Source: an uncultured Acidimicrobiales bacterium (GTDB taxonomy: Bacteria; Actinomycetota; Acidimicrobiia; Acidimicrobiales; VFJN01). Taken from it: DNA of 64,000 bases. The translations under genes and the position numbers were made by a program. This document shows, one piece after another, positions 54,640-64,000 of this stretch. The notes under the pieces are model-generated. The model did not search any database, was not told the origin of the DNA, and saw only the letters and a list, made by a program, of their open reading frames with translations. Numbering within the stretch: the first letter of the stretch is position 1; every line of letters begins with the position of its first letter. The DNA lies in contig CAVZUI010000009.1 in the NCBI GenBank assembly GCA_963778415.1, positions 70,169-134,168 on the forward strand, in the 5' to 3' direction.

Positions 54640-56415
54640 ATGTCAGAGCCCGCGGCCACGCTCGTGTCGGTGAACGTCGGGATGCCCCGTGACGTCGAAT
54701 GGCAGGGGCGTACCGTCCACACCGGCATCTGGAAGCAGGCCGTCGAGGGGCCCTGTCGCGTCGGACGGCTGAACCTCGACGGCGACGGTCAGGGCGATCT
54801 CGCCGGCCACGGCGGCGAGCAGCGCGCGGTCTACGTGTACCAGCTCGACTCGTATCGCCACTGGGGCGACGAGCTGGGGCGTGACGACTTCGTGTTCGGT
54901 CAGTTCGGTGAGAACTTCACCGTCGACGGGCTCGGCGACGACGAGGTGTGCATCGGGGACCGGTACCGGATCGGTTCGGCGCTGTTCGAGGTCACGCAGC
55001 CGCGGGTGACGTGCTACCGGGTCGGCCTCCGCATGAACGAGCCGCGCATGCCCGCGCTGCTGACGGGGCACGGCCGTCCGGGCTTCTACTTCCGGGTGCT
55101 CGAAGAGGGCGCGGTGCACGGCGGAGACGAGGTCGTCAAGGTCGCGACCGGTCCCGAGCAGATGACCGTCGAGACCGTCAACGCGCTCCTCTACCTCGAC
55201 CGCCACCCCGACGTGGAGCTGCTCCGTCGTGCGCTGCGGATCCCTGCCCTCAGCCCGGGTTGGCAGGCGTCGTTCCGCGCCATCCTCGACGACCAGGGGC
55301 GGGGCGCGCCGGGCGGCGGCAACGCCGGGCTCGCCGCGACCGCGCCCCCGCCCGCGTGGTCGGGCTTTCGCCCCTTGCGCGTCGCGGCCAAGCGCTCGGA
55401 GACCCCCAGCGTCGTGTCGTTGGAGCTCGACGCCGACGACGGCGCGCCGCTCGCACACGCGCTTCCGGGACAGTTCGTCACCCTCAAGCTCGAGCCCGGC
55501 GGCGGCGACCCGCCGCTCGTGCGCAGCTACTCGCTCTCGGGACCACCGGACGGCGCCCGGTACCGGATCAGCATCAAGGTCGAACCCCACGGGGCGGCCG
55601 GTCGGTTCCTGCGCGACGCGGTCGGGGTCGGGGACCGCGTCGACGTCGCCGCACCGCGCGGCCGCTTCACGCTCGACGACGGTGCGCGACCCGTCGCGCT
55701 CGTGAGCGCAGGTGTGGGCGTGACGCCGGTGCTCGCCATGTTGCACGCGCTCAGCGCCGTGCGAGCGACGCGGGAGGTCTGGTGGATCCACGGCGCTCGC
55801 AACGGCGCCGAGCACGCCTTCGCGGAGGAGACCAGCTCGCTGCTCGCCTCGCTCCCACGGGCCCGCCGTCGCGTGTGGTACAGCCGACCCGATCCGAGCG
55901 ACCGTCTCGGTGCCGACCACGACGAGGTCGGCCACATGAGCGCCGACGCCATCGCCGCGGCCGGCGTCCCGACGGACTGCGAGTTCTACCTGTGCGGTCC
56001 GACCGCGTTCATGGACGCACTCCGGTCCGGGATCGATGCGCTGGGGGTGGCGCCGGACCGTGTGCACGCCGAGATGTTCGGCGCCGAAGGCACGATCACG
56101 CCGGGCGTCGTCGGGCAGGCCGCACGGCCGGCGCACCCACCGGAAGGTCGGACCGGCACGGGTCCCCTCGTCTCGTTCGTGCGCACCGGGCTGAGCGTCA
56201 GCTGGGACGACGCGTTCACGAACATCCTCGAGCTCGCCGAGGCGTGCGACGTGCCCGTCCGCTGGTCGTGCCGTACCGGCGTGTGCCACACGTGCGAGAC
56301 GGGTCTCCTCGACGGCACGGTCGCGTACGACCCCGAGCCGCTCGAACGGCCGGGCGACGGCAACCTCCTCGTGTGCTGTTCCCGACCCGGGAGCAACGTC
56401 GCCGTCGATCTCTGA
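54640..56415 (+). CDS. MOSC (YiiM-like) + 3-alpha + FAD/NAD-binding reductase + 2Fe-2S ferredoxin fusion
   Basis: HGGEQRAV; FGENFT; QPRVTCYR; RSYSLS; AGVGVTP; FYLCGP; SCRTGVCHTC...CC; intact ORF. Confidence 0.93.
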   Translation: MSEPAATLVSVNVGMPRDVEWQGRTVHTGIWKQAVEGPCRVGRLNLDGDGQGDLAGHGGEQRAVYVYQLDSYRHWGDELGRDDFVFGQFGENFTVDGLGDDEVCIGDRYRIGSALFEVTQPRVTCYRVGLRMNEPRMPALLTGHGRPGFYFRVLEEGAVHGGDEVVKVATGPEQMTVETVNALLYLDRHPDVELLRRALRIPALSPGWQASFRAILDDQGRGAPGGGNAGLAATAPPPAWSGFRPLRVAAKRSETPSVVSLELDADDGAPLAHALPGQFVTLKLEPGGGDPPLVRSYSLSGPPDGARYRISIKVEPHGAAGRFLRDAVGVGDRVDVAAPRGRFTLDDGARPVALVSAGVGVTPVLAMLHALSAVRATREVWWIHGARNGAEHAFAEETSSLLASLPRARRRVWYSRPDPSDRLGADHDEVGHMSADAIAAAGVPTDCEFYLCGPTAFMDALRSGIDALGVAPDRVHAEMFGAEGTITPGVVGQAARPAHPPEGRTGTGPLVSFVRTGLSVSWDDAFTNILELAEACDVPVRWSCRTGVCHTCETGLLDGTVAYDPEPLERPGDGNLLVCCSRPGSNVAVDL

Positions 56416-56480
56416 GCGATCGTCCGACCGCCCGGAGACATCTTGCCTACGACCCCGCCGTCTGCGCTGGAGGTGGATCC

Positions 56481-57506
56481 GTGATCGCCACACCCGAGCA
56501 GTACGCCCAGATGCTCGACCGGGCCAAGGCCGGTGGGTTCGCGTACCCGTCGGTCAACGTGTCGTCGACCCAGACCCTCAACGCCGCCCTCCGCGGGTTC
56601 AGCGAGGCCGGCAGCGACGGCATCGTGCAGGTCTCGGTGGGCGGAGCCGAGTACCTCTCGGGCTCCACCGTGCGGGACGCGGTGACCGGAGCCGTCGCCC
56701 TCGCCGAGGTGGCGCACGTGCTGGCCGCCAACCACCCCTGCCTGGTCGGACTGCACACCGACCACTGCCCGCCGGGCCGGGTCGACGACTACCTCCGCCC
56801 CCTGCTCGCGCTGTCCCAGCAGCGCGTGGGCGACGGAGGCGAGCCGCTGTTCCAGTCGCACATGTGGGACGGCTCCAGCCTTCCGTTGGAGGAGAACCTC
56901 CGGCTCGCAGCCGAGCTGCTGGAGCAGTGCCGCCGGGTCCGGGCGGTGCTGGAGCTCGAGATCGGCGTCGTCGGCGGTGACGAGGACGGGATCACCGGCG
57001 CCATCGACGAACGGCTCTACTCGACGCCCGAGGACGCGTTGCGGGTGGCCGAGGTCCTGGGTCTCGGCGAGCGGGGTCGCTACCTGCTCGCGGCGACGTT
57101 CGGCAACGTCCACGGGGTCTACCAGCCCGGCCACGTCGACCTGCGACCCGGCGTGCTCGAGGAGATCCAGGACGCGGTCGGAAGCCGCCACGGTCGGGAT
57201 CGGCCCTTCGACCTCGTCTTCCACGGCGGATCCGGGTCGGCGCCCGCCGACATCCGGGAAGCCATCGGCTACGGGGTGGTCAAGATGAACGTCGACACCG
57301 ACACCCAGTACGCCTTCACCCGGCCGGTCGCCGACCACATGTTCACGCACTACGGCGGCGTGTTGCGGGTCGACGGCGGGACCGGCGACAAGGCCACCTA
57401 CGACCCACGCTCGTGGGGCAAGGCCGCCGAGACGTCGATGGCCGAGCGAGTGGTCGAGGCCTGCCGCGACCTCGGTTCCGCAGGCCGGCACTCGACCGCG
57501 GGGTGA
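56481..57506 (+). CDS. fbaA: Class II fructose-bisphosphate aldolase
   Basis: IATPEQYAQMLDRAK; LHTDHC; SHMWDGS; TFGNVHGVY; VFHGGSG; VKMNVDTDTQYAF; YDPRSW. Confidence 0.95.
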   Translation: MIATPEQYAQMLDRAKAGGFAYPSVNVSSTQTLNAALRGFSEAGSDGIVQVSVGGAEYLSGSTVRDAVTGAVALAEVAHVLAANHPCLVGLHTDHCPPGRVDDYLRPLLALSQQRVGDGGEPLFQSHMWDGSSLPLEENLRLAAELLEQCRRVRAVLELEIGVVGGDEDGITGAIDERLYSTPEDALRVAEVLGLGERGRYLLAATFGNVHGVYQPGHVDLRPGVLEEIQDAVGSRHGRDRPFDLVFHGGSGSAPADIREAIGYGVVKMNVDTDTQYAFTRPVADHMFTHYGGVLRVDGGTGDKATYDPRSWGKAAETSMAERVVEACRDLGSAGRHSTAG

Positions 57507-57769
57507 CCGCCGCCGGGTGACCCCCGCCGGGTCGATGCGGACGGGCATCGATCGAGAACGACCTCGTCGCCCGCCCCATCTCTGACTCGCCGACGTGTGA
57601 CCTGGGCCGCGGGCGGGTAGTCGCACGACACGACGTCGATTCGTAGCGGTCCCGGCACGTGGTGTCCGGGCGCCGGGGACGGGGGTGTGTGGTGTTCGCT
57701 CTCTACCGGGCCGGTCGGTCCTGGCGGGCTCGCCGGCGGGGGGCGCCGCCGGGTCCCACCGAGGCCCCC

Positions 57770-57982
57770 GTGAGGCGCCGCCCCGCAGGGCTCGTGCGCA
57801 CGGCGATCGCCGCAGTCGCCGCCGTCGGGTTGGCGGCGTTCGGGCTCGGCTACTGCTCGTCGCAGTTCGGGCTCGGTCGCTCCGAGGAGGGGAGGGGCAC
57901 CGACAGCGAGCTCCTGTTCCCCGCCTCCGAGCTGGAGACCACCCTCGCCGTGTTGGCCGTGCACAACTCGATCGAGCAGCAG
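57770..57982 (+). CDS. N-terminus of a membrane-anchored/secreted hypothetical protein, cut off at the junction
   Basis: VRRRPAGLVRTAIAAVAAVGLAAFGLGYC...LAVHNSIEQQ in high-GC codons, then reads into the antisense of the kinase. Confidence 0.5.
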
Positions 57983-60900
57983 GAATCGCCGACCAGCGTC
58001 TGCGGAACGGAATCCGCCACGTCGACCAGAAATTCCAGCCCTTTATCCTGGGCCTTCTGGGCCGTGATGGAGGTGACTGAGGCGATCACGTCATCCAGGC
58101 GGAAGTCCACCGCCTCGATGTCGAGCCGCCCCGGCTTCAATCTTCGAAAAGTCGAGAATGTCGTTGATCACTCCCAGCGGCGACGTCCCCGCATTGTGAA
58201 TCTTGTTGACGTAGTCCCGCTGCTTCTCGCTCAACGGCGTCTTCAAGGCCAGGTACACCATGCCGATGACCGCGTTCATCGGCGTCCGTATCTCGTGGCT
58301 CATGTTGGCCAGGAACATCGACTTCATGGCCGTCGCGTCTTCCGCTCTCTGGTTCGCGGCGACGAGCTCCGTGGTGCGCTGTTGCACGGCGCCCATCGAG
58401 CTGCTGTTCCCGTTGCTGCAGTCCTTTGATCCGCAACTTGTAGACGCCAAGAATCAGGCCCACGAATGCGAGACCCATCAGGCTCCTGAACCAGGCTGTC
58501 GCCCACCAGGGCGGCAGAACCGTGAGCGCGAGGCTGACCCCCTTCTCGTTCCAGACCTCGTCGTTATTCGATGCCTGGACGCGAAAGACGTACTGGTCCT
58601 CCCAGGCAGGCTGGTATAGGTGGCCTGGCGGTGCCTGCTATCCATCTCGTTCCATTCTGATTCCAGCCCCTCCAGCCGATAGCGATACCGGTTCTTCTCC
58701 GGGGCGGCATAACTCAAGCCAGCGAATTCCAGCGTGAAGATGCTCTGGGTGTGACTGAGCGTGAGAGAATTCCGTCGTAGATTCGGCTTTTGCAGCGGCG
58801 AGTCTCGCCGGGTGCACGGGCTTGTTGAACAGGTGAAAGTCTGTCAATACAACCGGCGGGACGTCGGGATTGGAGGAAAGCCGATCGGGGTAGAACGTTG
58901 TCACGCCGTTCATCGACCCAACGACCATCTCACCGTCGTGACTTTGCCAGCTGCTCTCCGCCTCATACGGGCTGAGGATCTTGCCCGGCAAACCATCTGC
59001 TTCTGAATAATTGCGAAAGGACTTGGTCGGCGGATGAAATCGGCTGAGGCCGCTGTGCGTAGCCAGCCAGAGATACCCCTGACCGTCTTCCAGGATTGCC
59101 TGAATCCTGTCATCCGCCAGGCCATCCTTCGTCGTGAAAGCCGTGAAGACCCCTCGGCTTCGGTCCAACTGGTTGAGGCCGTGCCGAGTAGCAACCCAGA
59201 GCAGTCCCTGCCTGTCTTCGCGGACAGCATTCACACTGTTGTGGCTCAGGCTGCGAGAGTTCTGCGGGTCATGGCGATAGACGGTCAATTGCTCCGTCCT
59301 GGGGTCAAACCGACTCAGGCCCGCAAACGTCGCCAGCCACAGGATTCCAGCTCGGTCCTCGAATATGGTCCTTATCTTGTCTGACAAACTCTCGGGAATT
59401 CGTCCGATCGCTCCGATAGGTGGAGAAGCGTTCCGTGAGTTTAAGTCAAAACGGTTCAGACCCCCTCCATCGGTGCCCGCCCACAGCACCCCTTGCCGGT
59501 CCAACAACAGACACAAGACGACGTCATTGCTCAAGCTGGCAGGGTTCTTCGGGTCGTGCCGGTAGGTGACGGATCGCCGCGCCGCAGGGTCGAAGCGGTT
59601 GAGGCCGCCGCCATAGTAGGTCCCAATCCAGAGTTCACCTGCCCGGCCTTCGCGGATTGTGGCAACCCTGTCCCCGAGAAGACTGTGGCCATTCCCTGAA
59701 TCGAGCAGGTATGAAGTGACTTGTCCCGTTCTTCGATCCAGCTTGTTGAGACCGAGCTTCGTGCCTATCCAGAGAAATCCCCTTGCTGTCCCCCTGAACG
59801 GACCGAATCGTGTTGTCATGCAGGCTGTGCGGATTGCCGGGCTCATGTCGGTAGTTGACGAAGGGGAGTTGTACTTTAAGGAATCGGCTGACCCCTCCTA
59901 GGGTACCCACCCACATCACTCCTTCCGCATCCTCGAATATTGTTTTGACGGCGTTATCATGCAGGGCGCTCGGATTGCCCGCTTGTCTGGCGTACTTCAC
60001 GACCTCCTTGCGCTCACGGTTGAACTTCAGCAACCCGGTGTCGAGCGACCCGCCAGAGCACCCCATCGCGGTCTTCGTAGATGTCGGTTACGCCCGCGAC
60101 GCCTTGGCCGCCTGGTTGTTCTGCGTGGAACGAGTAGCGCGTGAATTCACCGCTCTTCACGTCCAGGGCACTCAACCCACCTACCAATTCCGAGCCCACC
60201 CACAGCACACCGGACTGGTCCTCCAGGATGAAACCGATGGAGTCATGACCAAGGCTGCGGGGATTCGACGGGTCGTGTAAGAAGCGCGAAAACCGGCCGG
60301 TGTCTCGCTTCAGCTTGTTCAGGCCAGCGTCAGTGCCGACCCATAGATTGCCCTGCCGATCTTCGGAAATGGTCGTAACCCGATTGCTGCTCAAACTGCC
60401 CGCGTCCGGGCGTCGTGCTTGTAGTGGATGAAGCTGCCGGTAGCTGGGTCAAGGCGGTCAACCATTAACCAGTTTTTACAACCCAAAGCACGCCCCCTGT
60501 CTCCTGATAGACGCAATAGACATCGTTGTTGCTCAAGCTCTGTTGATTGCCAGGGTCATGCCGATAGTGCGTGAAGGTGTCCTTCGCCGGGTCCAGTCTG
60601 TCGAGCCCTCCAGAGATAGTCGCAATCCAAAGCATGCCGGACCGATCTGTGTAAACAGATCGGATGAAGTTTTCACTCACGCTGTTAGGGTTGCCTGCGT
60701 CGTGCCTGTAGGTCTTCAGGTTGTACCCGTCATGCCGGAACAAACCGTCGACAGTGCCAAACCGCAGAAAATCATATGATCCTGCACGATGCTCCACGTG
60801 AAGGTTTGAAGGCGGACATTGTTTGTGGAAACGCTAGTGAAGCGGATGTCTTGCTTGTCAACGATCGGTAGCTTCAGGAAACCGCCGTCACGAGACGCTG

Positions 60901-61001
60901 AGGCTGCCTTGCCGCCCTGCGCGGCATCGGAAGCCGTGACGCAGCAGAGCGTCAGCATCCCGGACGGTTCGAAGGATTGTTCGGTATCTGGAATGCACCA
61001 T
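57983..61001 (-). CDS. Beta-propeller (Reg_prop) + Y_Y_Y sensor histidine kinase, truncated inside the HATPase domain; many frameshifts
   Basis: Repeated EDRxGxLWxGT/HDPxNxxSLS units; [14 protein letters not shown]; [19 protein letters not shown]; ends at VPQTLVGD before the N-box. Confidence 0.88.
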
Positions 61002-61089
61002 CGGGTCTGCCTGCCAATCCTTACAGAGTATGTTTCTCGGCTGTAGGACTTCGCCCGCAGGCGGAGGGCGTGCGTCGCGAACCGTCCGA

Positions 61090-63978
61090 TCATCGCGGCA
61101 GACCGACACGTCGCACCAGGTCCGCAAAGCGTGGGTCCGAGCGTAGCGGATCGAGTTCCGGCTCTACGCCAGGGTACTGCAGCTGAATATCGTGCGCGCG
61201 AAATGCCTGCTCGAGCGAGGCAAATGCCCGCTCCCGCTCGCCAAGCGCCGTCAGCAGCCATCGCCAGCTCCGCTGCTGACGCGTGGGCCTTGCTCGATTG
61301 CAGCTGCTGGAGGATCGCCAGCGCACGCGTTCGATCTCCCGCATGCGCGGACGCCGCTCCCAGATAGATCTGCGTGGTAGGCGTATCGAGACCGAGCGCG
61401 ATCGTCTTCGTATACGCAGCAACGGCCTCCGCGTCTACTGCCCTGTGCGGCATACGTCTGACCGAAGGAGTCGCGTCGGGATACTTCGGGTCCAGATCGA
61501 TTGTCCTGTTCAACGCAGCTATCGCCTGGTAGTTCTGCCGCCGGGCAGAAGAAAGCACGTAACCGACAGTTGCGTTGACTCCGGGTGAGAGCGGATCGAG
61601 CTCCCTCGCGCGCGAGATTTCAGCGATGGCCTGCTCGTGCCAGCCATGACCTCAGATACACAGCATACAACGGTGCGCCAGCGCAAGGTTCGGGTTCAGG
61701 TCGATGGCACGCTTGTATTCCCGCTCGGCGTCGGCCCACTCCCAGGCATACGTCATGAGATTCGCCAGCGCGTAATGCCCATCGGCGAGACCATCGTCCA
61801 GTTCGAGCGCCTTCTGCGCCGCCGCCCTCGCTTTCGGCAGGTAATCGTTCCGGTCGAGAAGCCCGGCACTTCACGAGACTCCGATGGATGCCGACAGATC
61901 GGCGTGGGCGAGCGCGTAACTCGGATCGGTGGCGATAGCCCGAGCGAAGTAGTCGGCCGCTTTCTGCCGGTCTTCCCGTTCTGCCTGCCCTTCGCGCGAT
62001 GGAAATGCCCTTTGAGAAGCAATTCGTACGCTTCGGGGTTGCGCATCTCGGGCGTCCCGGAACTGCGCGGCTGGCCCGCGGCCGGTTGGACACGCAGCCT
62101 GGCAGCAACGTCGCGAGAGATGACCGCCGACACCTGAAACAGGTCCGCTGCCTTGCTGACGTATTGCTCGCCCCATACCTGCGTCCGGTCGCGTCCGTCG
62201 ATCGGCTCAACATGATCGAGAGGCTGTCGCCTCGCTGCGAGACCCTTCCGGCCAGGATGCCCATCACATCCAACGCGCGGGCGACCTCCTGCGGATCCGC
62301 GTTCTGATCTTTGTAGCGGGATGAGGAACTGTTGGCGACGACTTTCAGCCCCGGCAGTTGCGACAGGCGATTGATGAGCGCCTCGCTGATGCCATCGGAC
62401 AGGTAGTCCTGCTCGGGATCGTTGCTGCTGTTCTTCAGCGGCAGGACCGCGATCGACGTAATCCCCGCGTTTGACGCGGCGTACCGCTGGTACACGGCAT
62501 AACCGGACACGAGGGTTGCCAGGATGATCAGCGCCAACGCCGACCACGCGACCATCACCGCTGCCGACGATGGGAGGCAACTGCGTGCTCGACGCGGCCT
62601 CCTTCCAGCGCCGACACGACTTCACCCGCGCTGGCGAAGCGCTCCTCCGGGCGCCGCGCGAGACACCGCAGAATCGTCGTTTCCCCAAAGAGGATCAACG
62701 TCCGCGACGTGGACGCGCGGACTCGGCGGCGGCTCGTGCAGGCGCTTGATCGCCATCTTCAGCGGGGTTTCCCCCACGAAGGGCAACGCCCCGGTCACCA
62801 TCTCGTAAAGCACGACGCCGAGCGCGTAGACATCCGTGGCGGGCATAACCGGACCGCCCTCGACCTGTTCCAGGGGCCGGCACCCGGAGTCCCCGATATC
62901 TCGTTCTCCGCCGACAGCGACATCGACGGTATGTCGTCTGCGTGTTCACTGCCACGCCAGGCCAATGCATCGCCACGGCGCGCATGTCCTCTCCGCGCAA
63001 CGCTCGCGGCAACGCGTGAGCGTGGCTGTTGAAGTGCCGATACCGACGCGGAACAGGCGCTGGCGGGCCAATCGCCAGCGGCCTGACGGACGACAGGCAG
63101 GATTTCCGGCAAGGAGAGCCGTCCGTCCCGCCGGAGCTTGTCGGCAAGCATCGCCGTGCAGCAGCTCCATCGCAAGCACCACGACCTCGCCAGCGATCTG
63201 TCACCCGCAGCACTGGATCGGTGCCGGAAGACATCGTAGATGCGGCATACGTTCGGATGTGTCACCTGTCTCGCCAGATGCACCTCGCGCTTGAACAGCG
63301 CGATCGAGCGCTCGTCAGCGGCGATGTCCGACAGGATGGTCTTGAGCGCGATCCGCTCGCGCAATTCGAGATCCTCCGCTTCGTAGAGCTCGCCCATGCC
63401 GCCTTTCGCCAGGTAGCGGACGATGCGGAAGCGGAACGCGACGATGTCACCAGTTCGAAACACAGGGGTTCCCGGCGCCCGCGCCTCAACCACGTGGGCG
63501 CCGGTTGCGTCGTCATCGGGCCGACCGAGCGGCGCGTCAGGTGGAACGGCCTGGAGCTGGCGGTGAAGCAGCCGCTGGATCCTGAGATGCGTATTGACGC
63601 GCGCGGTCACCTCCGCCGGCTGAACGGGCTTCGTGATGAAGTCCACCGCGCCAGGGCTTCGAATCCCTGCACCTTGTCCTTCGGGTCGCTGAGTGCCGAC
63701 AGGAAGATCACCGCGGCGTCCCGGGTTTCGGGATCGTCCTTGAGGCGGCGGCACGTCTCGTAGCCGTCGATGCCCGGCATGACGACATCGAGCAGCACGA
63801 TCAACGGCTTCGCGCCGCGCGCAACCTTCAGCGCCTCTTCGCCATTGCGGGCCACGAAGAGACGGTAGCTGGAGCTTCCGAGCGTCTCGCGCAGGACGTC
63901 CAGGTTCGCAGGATCGTCATCGACCAGGAGGACCGAGCAGGCCTCCTCCGCGGGGCCTGGTGTGAGTTGATCGTTCAT
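61090..63978 (-). CDS. Receiver domain + Ser/Thr protein kinase + TM + TolB-N-like + TPR fusion; many frameshifts
   Basis: [27 protein letters not shown]; GGMGELY, IALK, HPNV, DVYALG; SIAVLPLKN...[15 protein letters not shown]; TPR; [15 protein letters not shown]. Confidence 0.82.
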
Positions 63979-64000
63979 CGTCCTAACCTTCGCCGTCCAG

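Noticed and set aside
57659-58429. 256-aa plus-strand ORF spanning the junction
   Set aside because: Its second half is the antisense of the histidine kinase; artefact of the join

Overview
Very high-GC actinobacterial DNA (gene content looks Acidimicrobiia-like; this is inference) from 1 to ~57,980. It joins abruptly, in the middle of a gene on both sides, to a visibly lower-GC segment (57,980-64,000) whose signalling genes resemble those of Acidobacteria. Many genes carry 1-bp frameshifts typical of unpolished long-read sequence, so many coordinates are approximate. Content in order: arylsulfatase, Tat-type metallophosphoesterase, two decayed LuxR HTH remnants, a cluster of small ORFs, GT1 glycosyltransferase, GH65, a sigma70/MEDS-antisigma/GAF-GAF-HisKA_3 kinase module, GH3, serine hydrolase, EcKL-like kinase, YceI, isochorismatase, DUF1269, a surface-glycan locus (flippase, two GT2, divergent AlkP-fold protein, Gfo/Idh/MocA, GT-C-like), Fe3+-type ABC transporter, orphan HicA-like protein, RecQ, AlkA, a monoderm Tad/Flp pilus operon with its own two-component system, a PG-binding lipoprotein, TetR-SDR-P450, a MOSC-reductase-ferredoxin fusion, FbaA, then a truncated beta-propeller sensor kinase and a REC-Ser/Thr kinase-TPR fusion. 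Best candidate for an undescribed system: a stand-alone DnaB-C-terminal-like (RecA-fold) ATPase translationally embedded in the Tad operon between tadC and the prepilin peptidase, with TCCTCA-N4-TGAGGA palindromes in front of both pilin genes. A second recurring palindrome (TCA[C/T]CC-N5-GG[A/G]TGA-like), at fixed spacing from a -10-like hexamer, links four distant genes into a candidate regulon. No rRNA, tRNA, CRISPR array, transposase or integrase was recognised.
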